From IMG/VR virus record IMGVR_UViG_3300017987_000047: 64,000 nucleotides of DNA; one strand, 5' to 3'. The stretch comes from a virus (lineage: Duplodnaviria; Heunggongvirae; Uroviricota; Caudoviricetes). Of the stretch, positions 37,463 to 46,817 are shown in pieces (the stretch's first letter is position 1; the number at the start of each line of letters is the position of its first letter). Made by a program: the position numbers and the translations under genes. The notes below the pieces were generated by a model. That model searched no databases and had not been told where the DNA came from. It saw only the letters and a program-made list of their open reading frames with translations.

Positions 37463-38361
37463 GTTTATTTAAGAGACATCATAAAGAGCTTGATCGAGTT
37501 AGTATTACATACGAACCCCGTATTCGCTTCGATCAAAAGTATGAGCTTGCTTTAGCAAAATTTGATATCCCGAAAGACCTATTACTTAATTTCCCCGGCT
37601 TCCCCTTTGGGGGTTTTGTTCGAGATACTTTTCATTCAGACACTCCAAAGGACTTAGATCTCTTTTTCATTAGCGCAGTAAATATTAGGGCAGTTGCAAA
37701 GTTTCTGAAACAGAAGGGTTGGGTGTCTCAAGAATCGCGGCGGATAGATTCATGGAAATGGGGAAGCTATAGTGAAATAATTAGGAGGAAGTCGGGGTAT
37801 GTAAAATGTTTTACTAAGCATGGGCAAAAAATCGACTTATTCTTTAAGTACGATATGATTTCTGCCAAGGAAGAGCTAGTCTTACTAGCACAGGCATATG
37901 CCTGGGACTTAAGCCTTGACCGCTTCTTCCTATGGGCAGACCCAGTATCCGAAGGTCGCCCGAGCTGGAAAGAAGACCATTTACAAGATACGGAAGACTC
38001 TGTTTTGAAGCAGCTCTCTTCTAAAAAACTTTAACTTAACCGGGAATACGCGAGTTGGTTAACAATAAAGGATACTGAGGCTATAAGGATTCAGTCTGAA
38101 TATCTTAAGGAAAAGATTCAATCTCTTCTTCAAAAAGGTTGGGACCTTGAACTTGGGAAAAGTAATATTTTTGGAAATCGCTTGCTACTCCCAAAGGCAA
38201 AGGTTGAAATCATTAAGATGCTCCCAGAAAAAACAGTTCGGGCGCATCTTTCAACCTATTTGACCCACGCGTCGCCTAAGACGCGACTAAAAATAAAAGA
38301 CATTCTGCGAGACTACCATCCGGAAATCGTTGCGAACTTCCTACATAAGAGGAATGCTTAA
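37456..38361 (+). pseudogene. CCA-adding/poly(A) polymerase-like nucleotidyltransferase with a C-terminal LT-box, interrupted by in-frame TAA 38032-38034
   Basis: GGFVRD..PKDLDLF head motif; frame stays open 108 codons past the TAA and includes YLTHASPKTRLKIK. Confidence 0.65.
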
Positions 38362-38365
38362 AGGC

Positions 38366-38851
38366 ATGAAAATTCTTTTCAAGGATGACCTTACTCCTTA
38401 TTCGGTAATTGATTTTTTGCGGGGCCCTCGCTTGTGGGTAGCTCCCAGCTCCTATCCCGATTTTAATGATTGGCTTGAGAGAATAGAGCCAGAGCTAGCT
38501 GGGGGTACGAAGCGTCACCTTGCTTGTTATTGGAACAATGAGTTTGCAGGGATTGTTATTTGGCAACGTCATAAGACCCACCAGTCCTATGTTGAAATTA
38601 AAAATCTAACAGTCCATCCACGGGTACGAGGGCGGTTAGTTGGTTCTTTTTTGCTTCGACAGGCAGAGCTTGAAGGGCGGAATGAGCTTACAGCAAACCA
38701 AGCTGTTTGTGACGCCAAGCGTGCTCATGCTGGGATACTTTCATTCTTACTAGCTCGGGGCTACAAGTGCCTTGGGGCACAAGACCTTTATGGGTTAGGT
38801 GGTGGAGAAGATATTGTTCTAGGCCGCCCCATTAAACAAATGCCACCCTAA
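38366..38851 (+). CDS. GNAT acetyltransferase
   Basis: IKNLTVHPRVRGRLVGSFLL motif A; FLLARGY. Confidence 0.8.
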   Translation: MKILFKDDLTPYSVIDFLRGPRLWVAPSSYPDFNDWLERIEPELAGGTKRHLACYWNNEFAGIVIWQRHKTHQSYVEIKNLTVHPRVRGRLVGSFLLRQAELEGRNELTANQAVCDAKRAHAGILSFLLARGYKCLGAQDLYGLGGGEDIVLGRPIKQMPP

Positions 38852-38871
38852 TAAAGAAAGGGGAAGGGATT

Positions 38872-39504
38872 ATGCTAAAAATAAGATATTTCTTAATTAG
38901 TCTCATTCTTATTTTAATGTTAAGCTGTGATTATAACCCTATAGTTATAACATCCCCATATATAGAACTTCAATTAGAAGAAATAGAGTATATCCCTGCA
39001 GCAGTCCTTGGGAAATTTTATAGTGTTCAGTTACAGGCTATTGGCGGGTTCCAGCCCTATGAATTTGATGTCATTGGGGGTGAATTTCCCCCAGGGTTAC
39101 AATGCAATTCCTCCGGCCTGATTTATGGAGTCCCAACAAAAGAGGGAAGATTTGAATTTTATGGTTTTGTGTCTGATAGCGGCGAAAACTATAATCAAGA
39201 ACATTACGACGCAGGAAAATGTGTTATTGTTGTTTCTGGGACGATTCCCTTAACGATCACAACCACCTCGCTTCCTAATGCCCAAACAGGGATTCAATAT
39301 AATACAAGGGTTAACGTTATTGGGGGTACCCCACCTTACTCCTATTCCTGTCAAGGACTTCCCTTGGGTTTATATCTTACTTCTCCTGGAAATACTATTA
39401 TTGGATACGCACAACAAGTCGGCACTTTCCAAATAACATTTTGTGTTGAAGACCATAAAACTGCAACGGATATAGCACCTTTCACCCTAACAGTTTTACC
39501 CTAA
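38872..39504 (+). CDS. Lipoprotein with two putative Ig-like (He_PIG-type) domains
   Basis: LMLSC lipobox; GGxxPY..PxGL..G repeated. Confidence 0.75.
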   Translation: MLKIRYFLISLILILMLSCDYNPIVITSPYIELQLEEIEYIPAAVLGKFYSVQLQAIGGFQPYEFDVIGGEFPPGLQCNSSGLIYGVPTKEGRFEFYGFVSDSGENYNQEHYDAGKCVIVVSGTIPLTITTTSLPNAQTGIQYNTRVNVIGGTPPYSYSCQGLPLGLYLTSPGNTIIGYAQQVGTFQITFCVEDHKTATDIAPFTLTVLP

Positions 39505-39521
39505 ACAGGTACCTAAAGACG

Positions 39522-39701
39522 ATGAAAATTAAACTTAAAGAAGAACATAGTATTGACCTTGACCGACTCTTCCTTGTGATCCCGGCAGGGGAGGAACTTG
39601 AGGTAGTTGAAACAACAAATAAGCAATACTATGTTAGCTGGACTCTCCCGGGGACCCAAGTAAGGTTCGAATTCCTGCTCAAGAAGGAGAAAGTGGTCTA
39701 A
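39522..39701 (+). CDS. Small hypothetical protein (59 aa; absent from the ORF track)
   Basis: ATG 39522 to TAA overlapping the next ATG. Confidence 0.55.
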   Translation: MKIKLKEEHSIDLDRLFLVIPAGEELEVVETTNKQYYVSWTLPGTQVRFEFLLKKEKVV

Positions 39702-40099
39702 TGAAGGTCTTTGAAGCAAAGACAATTAAAACCCACCCCCACCGGGATAGCCCTTTCTGCTGGGAAACACCCTTAGCATATAAAGCATTAAGTGACGAAG
39801 AGTTTATCTTCTTGGGCTTACTAAAGTCCATAGAAAAACTTGGGGAAGAAGACAGTATAATATCCTATAAAATCTGTACTGCACATAATAATCAAGGGAG
39901 TTTAACTATCGTAGAGACTATTATTGAGGGCCGCTACAAATTCGGATATTCGTTTTGGATTCAATCCTGGATAACCTATAGACCTAAGTCTATTTTTACC
40001 CCAACGCCCGTTGAGGATGCCCCTAACCTTCAGCAAGGTTTAACATCCAAATACCCCTTAATTCGGCAATACGTAAAAATGAGATTAAAGAATGATTAA
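39701..40099 (+). CDS. LT-box protein
   Basis: GLTSKYPLIRQYVK. Confidence 0.8.
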   Translation: MKVFEAKTIKTHPHRDSPFCWETPLAYKALSDEEFIFLGLLKSIEKLGEEDSIISYKICTAHNNQGSLTIVETIIEGRYKFGYSFWIQSWITYRPKSIFTPTPVEDAPNLQQGLTSKYPLIRQYVKMRLKND

Positions 40100-40913
40100 G
40101 CTCATAAAAGCAAAGATCGTGACAAAAGTTGACCATAACCAAGAATTAATCCGCCTTTGGGTTAAACCCGAAGCTCCTGTTGAATTTAAACCTGGGCAAT
40201 ATATAACACTTTCATGGGGGAAAACAAAGCGGGCTTATTCCGTTGCTTCTGCCCCACACGAAGAATTAATTGAGCTATTTATCGCACGAGTCCCGGACAA
40301 ACTTAAAACAGAAGAATCCTTAACCCCTCCATTATGGGAGATGAAGGTTGGGGAGGAATTAGAGATGAAACCCACCGCAAAGGGAAAGTTTCTTTTAGAC
40401 CCAGAATTTAAAACTCATGTCTTTGTAGCAACAACTACCGGCATTGCTCCTTTTGTTTCGATGATAAAAGCCTATGCCCATCGAACATTTGAGAAACCAG
40501 AAGGGTATTATAAAAAGAAATTCGAAAATATCTATATCTTCCAAGGGGCTAGCTACGAAGACGAATTTGGATACGACCAAGAATTGCTTGCGCTAGATGA
40601 GACATACCCTGAAATTACTTACCGTAACACGGTAAGCCAAATTCCGGGGCTTGAAAAACACCCAGGCCGCAACAAAAATTGGTTGGCAGATGACCAGCAA
40701 CACGATATTATGCGGGTTAATCGTAATCTCCTCTGGTATTTTGGCCAGTATGGAATTAGACCAGAGGATACAGTAGTTTATGTTTGTGGCAATGAAAAAA
40801 TGATTGATGATTTATCTTATGGGTCTACTGCAATAGAGCAACGTCGAAAAAAGCGGCCTTTCGGGCAACTAGTTAACCTAGGGTACGAGGTAAGAAAAGA
40901 AGTTTATTTTTAA
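40092..40913 (+). CDS. fpr: Ferredoxin/flavodoxin-NADP+ reductase
   Basis: FKPGQY, RAYSVAS, TGIAPFVSM, YVCG..M, C-terminal ExYF. Confidence 0.85.
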   Translation: MIKLIKAKIVTKVDHNQELIRLWVKPEAPVEFKPGQYITLSWGKTKRAYSVASAPHEELIELFIARVPDKLKTEESLTPPLWEMKVGEELEMKPTAKGKFLLDPEFKTHVFVATTTGIAPFVSMIKAYAHRTFEKPEGYYKKKFENIYIFQGASYEDEFGYDQELLALDETYPEITYRNTVSQIPGLEKHPGRNKNWLADDQQHDIMRVNRNLLWYFGQYGIRPEDTVVYVCGNEKMIDDLSYGSTAIEQRRKKRPFGQLVNLGYEVRKEVYF

Positions 40914-40949
40914 GATGCAAAATTTGACCCCTAAACTAAAAGGTATAGA

Positions 40950-41324
40950 ATGTTAGAACAACAAAAGAAAAATATCAAAAATTTAATTGAATACACGAAC
41001 GACCAAGTAGAGCTTCAACTTTGTGAAGCTGCTGCCACTATTCGCAAAGCAGCAGTGAAGCCATTTTGCGATGAGCATGGTTTAATTTTTAAGCAAGGGA
41101 TGGGAGCTTTCATCTTTATGTTTAAGGATGAAGCAAAGAAACATATTAAGCTATGCTGCTCATCGACTGCTTTTGGGGGGACTTCGACTATTTCGGACAA
41201 AGACGCCGAACTTTTAGGAGAAGGCTTCATTGAAGAGCTAGAAGAAGTCTCAGACACTATTTACGAGGACCTAGGGGGACGGCCCAATTTCCAATATATG
41301 GAGGATTACCCAAATGGCGACTGA
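40950..41324 (+). CDS. Hypothetical protein
   Basis: ORF within the gene run. Confidence 0.7.
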   Translation: MLEQQKKNIKNLIEYTNDQVELQLCEAAATIRKAAVKPFCDEHGLIFKQGMGAFIFMFKDEAKKHIKLCCSSTAFGGTSTISDKDAELLGEGFIEELEEVSDTIYEDLGGRPNFQYMEDYPNGD

Positions 41325-41526
41325 AGAAATCGTTGTAACTTTAGCAGAGCAGAAAAATAGATGGGTTGGGGGTATTGTTCTTATTGGAACCCCGGACTCG
41401 GAGAATGAGTATCTTCTATTTTTACATGAGGATGGCGAGTTTTACCCCGATAGGCCTAACGCGAAAGTTTTTAGGTCTGCTAAAAAAGCCTGGTATGCTG
41501 TTGCCAAGGAACTTGAGAATAGATAA
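41314..41526 (+). CDS. Hypothetical protein
   Basis: GGAGG SD. Confidence 0.7.
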   Translation: MATEEIVVTLAEQKNRWVGGIVLIGTPDSENEYLLFLHEDGEFYPDRPNAKVFRSAKKAWYAVAKELENR

Positions 41527-41945
41527 TGTTTGCATCGTCCCAAAAAACTCTTAGGCTAACACAAAGTTTCCCCTTTAAAACGAAAATTATTGCCCAACTT
41601 TGGGGCCATTCTTATAATAATTTAGTTTATGAGCAACCCCTGAATAAGATTCCTTATCGAAAGGACTTAGCCCCTCTTATTCTTGCTATTTTGGAAGTTT
41701 ATAAATCCTCCAAGGACTTGGAAAAGCTAGTTAACATAGAATTAAAAACTTCCGTTCTCCTACAAGCCGAAATTATACTTGACTATGGGGTTGATTCAGA
41801 GTACTATACCTTAAATATAGTAAAAATAAAAGAAGAAGAGGTTCTCCCGCTTCCCCGGATAGAAAATTACTTAACAAATAAACTTCCCATTTTTCGTCGG
41901 GTAGCAAAACAAGTTATTAAAAAGAGGGATAGCGAGTATAGTTAG
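41526..41945 (+). CDS. LT-box protein
   Basis: YLTNKLPIFRRVAK. Confidence 0.8.
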   Translation: MFASSQKTLRLTQSFPFKTKIIAQLWGHSYNNLVYEQPLNKIPYRKDLAPLILAILEVYKSSKDLEKLVNIELKTSVLLQAEIILDYGVDSEYYTLNIVKIKEEEVLPLPRIENYLTNKLPIFRRVAKQVIKKRDSEYS

Positions 41946-42010
41946 ACGTTACCTAAAGAAAAAGAATATTCTTTTTCGAAATTTCGTAAAAGGATTATAG
42001 TGAAGCTCTA

Positions 42011-42376
42011 ATGTTTGAACAGTATATCACACACAAAGATCCTAAAATTAGGGGGCTGGTAAAAAAGGTTAACCGTCTTTTAGAAAAAGGGGAATTCAAG
42101 CATGCGGCTGGTTTCGTCCAAAAAGAGCGAGAGGAGCTTTCAAGAATGATTAAGGCCCCCGTGAGGCCCATAACAACTAACGCCCAGTATAGGGCTGAAA
42201 TTGAATTAGATAAAAGGATCGAAGAGTATCAAAGTATTATCTACCCACTTGAATTAGCAGTTACAAAAAAATATTATCGAAGTTTAAGAGAAAGACGAGA
42301 AAAAACACATCGAAAGTTATTGTGGTTATACGTTGCAGTTATTGTAGCCTACATGCTATTACAAATTTTTGGATAA
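42011..42376 (+). CDS. LT-box protein with N-terminal motif and C-terminal TM helix
   Basis: YITHKDPKIRGLVK; LLWLYVAVIVAYMLL. Confidence 0.8.
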   Translation: MFEQYITHKDPKIRGLVKKVNRLLEKGEFKHAAGFVQKEREELSRMIKAPVRPITTNAQYRAEIELDKRIEEYQSIIYPLELAVTKKYYRSLRERREKTHRKLLWLYVAVIVAYMLLQIFG

Positions 42377-42560
42377 GGAGAAACTAATGCTAGTAACAAA
42401 ATGGACAGAAACTAAGGAAGAATGGCTTGTGTTATCTGGGTCTCTAGAAGAAACGGGGGAACTCGCTTCTCAATATTTCGACGCCGGCGCTAAAATTCAG
42501 GGGGAAGAAACGGAAATGCCCGAAAACGAGTTTAGGGCTCTTTCAGAATTTGGAGGATAA
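42369..42560 (+). CDS. Hypothetical protein
   Basis: Likely start ATG 42387 after AAGGAG. Confidence 0.6.
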   Translation: MDKEKLMLVTKWTETKEEWLVLSGSLEETGELASQYFDAGAKIQGEETEMPENEFRALSEFGG

Positions 42561-42563
42561 AAA

Positions 42564-42809
42564 ATGCCAGACAGCGGAAAAACCCTAGCCGAAGCAACCC
42601 GAGAGGAGTTAATGGAAGAACTTGTTCAAAGATGCCAGTCGATTGTTATGGCGGCGGTGTGGAGAGACCCAGACGAGCTTTCAAAAGAGGAGATTACGAG
42701 AAAGCGAATTTGTATGGGGAATGGGCTAGAATGTCTCGGGTTGGTCCGTCTCCTAGATGACTATGCCTTAAAACTCTATTATGGAACAAGTAAACGCTAT
42801 GACAACTGA
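42564..42809 (+). CDS. Hypothetical protein
   Basis: GGAGG SD. Confidence 0.7.
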   Translation: MPDSGKTLAEATREELMEELVQRCQSIVMAAVWRDPDELSKEEITRKRICMGNGLECLGLVRLLDDYALKLYYGTSKRYDN

Positions 42810-43296
42810 AATTATTGAAATCGTAACAGAGTTGAGTTTTGGTTCTCTTACTATTGGCGTGTCCTCTTTTGACATTCCAACTCTTTGTCGTAGAATAATA
42901 GAGGAGGATAAACTAACTTTAGAGTTTACTTACTTTACCACAACTAAAGAGTCCTTAAAGAAGAAAAAATACGGATCGGGGATTCGAGTATACAGAGGAA
43001 AGAACTCAGGACGAATCCATAAAATTCAAATTCTAAACCTGAGTCTTCTAAAGGATGAAACGTGGCACGAGTTTATTGTAGATAGTATTTTATCAAGCAT
43101 CTCGAGCTATGTCTATGGAAAATCCTGGCACGAACATATTATAAAGCAAGCGGTTCGGGAAGTTCTTAAACCCTTTCGGAATAAGGCAGGGTTGCCTACT
43201 GTTGGGACAAGTCAGTTAAGGGTTGTAGGCCCCGCACCAAAAAACCTTGAAGAACCTGTCCAAAATTATTTTCCAGAAACTAAAGTTCTCGGCTAG
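42799..43296 (+). CDS. Hypothetical protein
   Basis: Overlapping ORF before a terminator. Confidence 0.7.
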   Translation: MTTEIIEIVTELSFGSLTIGVSSFDIPTLCRRIIEEDKLTLEFTYFTTTKESLKKKKYGSGIRVYRGKNSGRIHKIQILNLSLLKDETWHEFIVDSILSSISSYVYGKSWHEHIIKQAVREVLKPFRNKAGLPTVGTSQLRVVGPAPKNLEEPVQNYFPETKVLG

Positions 43297-43315
43297 TTCC
43301 TCTACATAATAATTT

Positions 43316-43344
43316 GACCCTGGCACTTGCCAGGGTTTTCTTTT
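43316..43344 (+). terminator. Intrinsic terminator
   Basis: ACCCTGGCA-CT-TGCCAGGGT followed by TTTCTTTT. Confidence 0.8.
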
Positions 43345-43350
43345 GGTGTT

Positions 43351-43380
43351 CTTTCGTTAGTCAAAAGGGAAACATTATAT
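43351..43380 (+). promoter_or_regulatory. Class-A promoter motif
   Basis: CTTTCGTT-N17-TATAT. Confidence 0.65.
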
Positions 43381-43405
43381 AAAGGAGGACCCAAAAAGGG
43401 ATATC

Positions 43406-43725
43406 TGGCATTAAAATAGCCAATCATTAAGTTATCATAGAAGATTATTTATCTTCGGCTTATTGATTGTTCAATCGAGCCTTAAAAACTTCCATAATTG
43501 AAAGAAAACCTTATTTCAGATCGATTTTTTTATGATTTTACTTTTTCATTATTGGTTTACAATCAAAGACCCTTAAAGCCTCTATTAAGGTGTAATTCCC
43601 GATTTAACTCTTCCTTCCATTGGTTTGTTATAATCTTCACCGGCTTATTGGGATGCAAGGTTGAAAATCTAAAACCTGATTCAATATTACAAAGGAATTT
43701 ACAAAGTTTAATATGTAAAATACCT
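43406..43725. ncRNA. Conserved non-coding element, copy 2 (candidate structured RNA)
   Basis: Colinear homology to 472-770; lies directly downstream of a class-A promoter motif. Confidence 0.5.
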
Positions 43726-43760
43726 TTTTAAAGAATTTGTTTTTAATAAATAGGATTCAA

Positions 43761-44294
43761 ATGAAATATCGAACCGAGTTTGAAGGGCAGCTTCAAGAGG
43801 AATTCGATCGGAGAGTTCAAAGAATCAGCAGATGGGAAGAGACTGCATCCGTTCTGGTTGGGAAATTCCGGGAATTCTACCGAGAACAGATTCTACTAAG
43901 CTTTTTTGCCCAGAACCCCAACGAGGAGCGGACAGATTATAATCAAACCTTATGCCAGGGTTGGAGAGCTTTTTGGAGTGAGATTGTTTCTATCGATCCT
44001 TTCTCCCTTACCTTTATCGAAACCTTCCAAAAGTTTATTTCAAATGTAATCCTGACCAATTCTTATTTCAAAATCGTTAAGGTACAATTCTCCCTCGAAG
44101 ATTATAAATATGTCATTGTTGATAATCCCCCTTGGGGTAGTAGAGTTCACATTCAAGTCCGCTACGCAGAACCTGAGGAGGAAAAGGCTACTCAAAGTTC
44201 CGACACGCTGATCGAAGGCTGGAAACAACAACTCCGCTGCGTCCGACAAAATTGCATAATTGGTTGGAAACTAGAAGAAGATGGAGACTATTAA
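43761..44294 (+). CDS. Hypothetical protein (paralog of 29792)
   Basis: AGGA SD; shared motifs. Confidence 0.75.
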   Translation: MKYRTEFEGQLQEEFDRRVQRISRWEETASVLVGKFREFYREQILLSFFAQNPNEERTDYNQTLCQGWRAFWSEIVSIDPFSLTFIETFQKFISNVILTNSYFKIVKVQFSLEDYKYVIVDNPPWGSRVHIQVRYAEPEEEKATQSSDTLIEGWKQQLRCVRQNCIIGWKLEEDGDY

Positions 44295-44297
44295 TCC

Positions 44298-44786
44298 ATG
44301 AAAAACACCACAACGCTAGTCATCGTTGATGTTCAACCTGGATTTGAGACAGCAAAACATGCCGTTGCTGGAGTTTTACATCAAATTAAATTAGCAAAAA
44401 GACGCAAAGCAGGTATTATCGTAGTTGAATATGATATCGGGGAATATGGGGCCTCGCTACCGGAAGTAAGAAAAGAAATAGGGTCTTATAGAAATGTTGT
44501 TTATACTGAAAAATGTAATGATGATGGATCGATGGAGATTATAGATGCCGGAGAAACAGCACGGTTTAATTTAAGAAAAATTCGTTTTTGTGGGGTTAAC
44601 GCTCTTTATTGTGTACATGACTCAATTTTTGGTTTTCTTAGAATGCAAAAAGAATCCAAGGTTGAAGTTGCTTTCGACGCATGTTTTTGTGATTCCGCCA
44701 TAGGCAAAAAGAACTTTAGAAAAGTAAAAGAAATGTGGAAACGGATCTATGAACAAAACGAAGGAAACTTAAAAATCATAGACTAA
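44298..44786 (+). CDS. Isochorismatase/cysteine hydrolase family protein
   Basis: LVIVDVQ, K, CGVNALYCV catalytic pattern. Confidence 0.8.
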   Translation: MKNTTTLVIVDVQPGFETAKHAVAGVLHQIKLAKRRKAGIIVVEYDIGEYGASLPEVRKEIGSYRNVVYTEKCNDDGSMEIIDAGETARFNLRKIRFCGVNALYCVHDSIFGFLRMQKESKVEVAFDACFCDSAIGKKNFRKVKEMWKRIYEQNEGNLKIID

Positions 44787-44840
44787 AACGGGCAAAATTA
44801 GATGTGTTAAAAGGTGCCGAGAAGCATGAAAAGGAAACAA

Positions 44841-45440
44841 ATGAAACCCATTGTAATTGGCCTCTATGGTGGGGTAGGTGCCGGAAAAGACCTTGTCGCC
44901 AATGAATTTCGTTACTTGGGGGCGGAAATTTTAGACGCGGATGCCGAAGTTACAAAATTATATACAAAAGCTTCTATCCGCAATGCCGTGGCGAAAAAAT
45001 TCGGCGCTGATATTGTGGTAGGGAATAGGGTTGACCGAAAAGCTTTAGCAAAAATGATCTTCACAAATCCCACTGCGCGTCATGACCTTGAGGCCATTCT
45101 TCATCCCCCAATTCATGAACGATTTCAGCAATATATTGCATCCGCTGATGCCCCAGAGGTAATCATATTAAATGTCCCTCTGTTGTTTGGTTCCCAGATG
45201 GAATCGCTGGTAACTGTCGGGGTGTTTATTGACGCGAGCGAAGAAATTCGGGAAGAGCGAGTGATTAAATATCGTGGGTGGCAACCAGGGGAATTAGCTC
45301 GCCGGGACGCAGCACAACCAACACTTCCTGAAAAACGGAAACGATGCACACATATTGTTGATAATAATAAAACACAAGCAGAGGTTAAACACCAGGTACG
45401 AGGTATCTGGGAAAAATTATTCCAGAAGTCCGTAACTTAG
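44841..45440 (+). CDS. coaE: Dephospho-CoA kinase
   Basis: IGLYGGVGAGK, DAD, DRKALA, LEAILHP, VPLLF. Confidence 0.9.
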   Translation: MKPIVIGLYGGVGAGKDLVANEFRYLGAEILDADAEVTKLYTKASIRNAVAKKFGADIVVGNRVDRKALAKMIFTNPTARHDLEAILHPPIHERFQQYIASADAPEVIILNVPLLFGSQMESLVTVGVFIDASEEIREERVIKYRGWQPGELARRDAAQPTLPEKRKRCTHIVDNNKTQAEVKHQVRGIWEKLFQKSVT

Positions 45441-45461
45441 CAAAAGACTGCTTAGCCTAAG

Positions 45462-45803
45462 ATGTTCAATAATAAGGATCCACGATGGAGTTCAATGATA
45501 CCGGAACCTGGTATCTATGATATAACAGAGGGGCACCACGTTTTTATTAGGTATAGCGGGCAATCCCCGATATTTGTTTTTATAAAAACAAAAGCCTTAG
45601 AACAATTCAAACAAGGGGAACCCGCTGTTAGTCTATTATTTGTAACACCAAGCAGATATTCAGAAATGTTTTGTAACTTAGGGGCAGCAGGAACGATTTT
45701 CCATGTTATTATAGAGGAGAAGTTTAATTCTAAGTCAGTAAGCCCCACTCAATTTCTCACGCATCCTTCCCCACAGATTCGGCAAGCTGCGAAAGACTTC
45801 TAA
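45462..45803 (+). CDS. LT-box protein
   Basis: FLTHPSPQIRQAAK. Confidence 0.8.
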   Translation: MFNNKDPRWSSMIPEPGIYDITEGHHVFIRYSGQSPIFVFIKTKALEQFKQGEPAVSLLFVTPSRYSEMFCNLGAAGTIFHVIIEEKFNSKSVSPTQFLTHPSPQIRQAAKDF

Positions 45804-45804
45804 A

Positions 45805-46152
45805 ATGTTTGAAAAACCTCCATACTGTGTTATTTTTAACTCTATTGAAATATATAAGCAGGAAATTTATTGGCTCCCAGATAAGCCAGACGACTTAACT
45901 ATTAAATCGCTTGTTATTTCTTATCTCCATAAATATGAAAAATCTTTAGTGAATCAGGTGTTGAAGATTCAGATTAAAGAACCCTCGTCGACGAATTGGA
46001 GAAAAGAAATTCTTGTCTTTCTCCGGCATGCTACGATGCATATTCAATTCATTGAAGGTTTCCCTCAACTTGATTTTCCTTGTATGGAAGAAATGCTAAC
46101 ACACGAAAATGCTTATATTCGTAAAATAGCAAAAATGAAACTTGAGGAATAG
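45805..46152 (+). CDS. LT-box protein
   Basis: MLTHENAYIRKIAK. Confidence 0.8.
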   Translation: MFEKPPYCVIFNSIEIYKQEIYWLPDKPDDLTIKSLVISYLHKYEKSLVNQVLKIQIKEPSSTNWRKEILVFLRHATMHIQFIEGFPQLDFPCMEEMLTHENAYIRKIAKMKLEE

Positions 46153-46154
46153 TT

Positions 46155-46448
46155 ATGTTTGAGAAGAAACTTTTCGAAGTCCAGTTAACAAAGCAGGTTT
46201 ATCTTTATTTCGAAGATAATGTTTTGCATATTATCACCCCTAATGGGTATCGAAAAGTTCCCAGGATAAGTAGGGTTTATGTTTACTGGGAAGGTGCATT
46301 ACAAAAGCATTTCACCCTAAATTATTCTGTTGCATCAATGGTAGAACAGCCTCTCTCAATTCTTCTCACACACCCAGATCCTGGAGCGCGAGATTGGGCA
46401 AAAGAAAAGCTTAGAGTTGCGCTAATTTCACAAAATAATAATTTTTAG
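46155..46448 (+). CDS. LT-box protein
   Basis: LLTHPDPGARDWAK. Confidence 0.8.
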   Translation: MFEKKLFEVQLTKQVYLYFEDNVLHIITPNGYRKVPRISRVYVYWEGALQKHFTLNYSVASMVEQPLSILLTHPDPGARDWAKEKLRVALISQNNNF

Positions 46449-46538
46449 GGTTACCAGAATCTTAAGATCCCGTTTATACTATTAAAGGGGAAATGAAACT
46501 TTAGAAGAAAATGTGTTTAACTGTACAAGGAGTAAAAA

Positions 46539-46730
46539 ATGGGTGCCGACTCTACCTTGACCGTTAGCCGTGCTGCTGCCCTTCAAAAGCTTTTTGAGCA
46601 ACTCGGCGCAGCAACAAACAAACAGCTAGAGGATATGCTTTACCATTTATGGGGAGCGGAAAACCTCCACAACTTTATTGTTCTCGATACCCCGACAGAG
46701 CCAGATGATGAGAAAATAAGACACTGCTAA
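46539..46730 (+). CDS. Hypothetical protein
   Basis: AAGGAG SD. Confidence 0.65.
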   Translation: MGADSTLTVSRAAALQKLFEQLGAATNKQLEDMLYHLWGAENLHNFIVLDTPTEPDDEKIRHC

Positions 46731-46817
46731 GTAGCTAGGTTAACCAGATAAGATTTAACCAACCTTATTCAGTATAAGGATTAAGAGGTTTTTGGTTGTC
46801 ACCTCCGGAGGTTATCC

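Noticed and set aside
43498-43731. 77-aa ORF in non-coding element copy 2
   Set aside because: TTG start without SD, and the frame is not preserved in copy 1.
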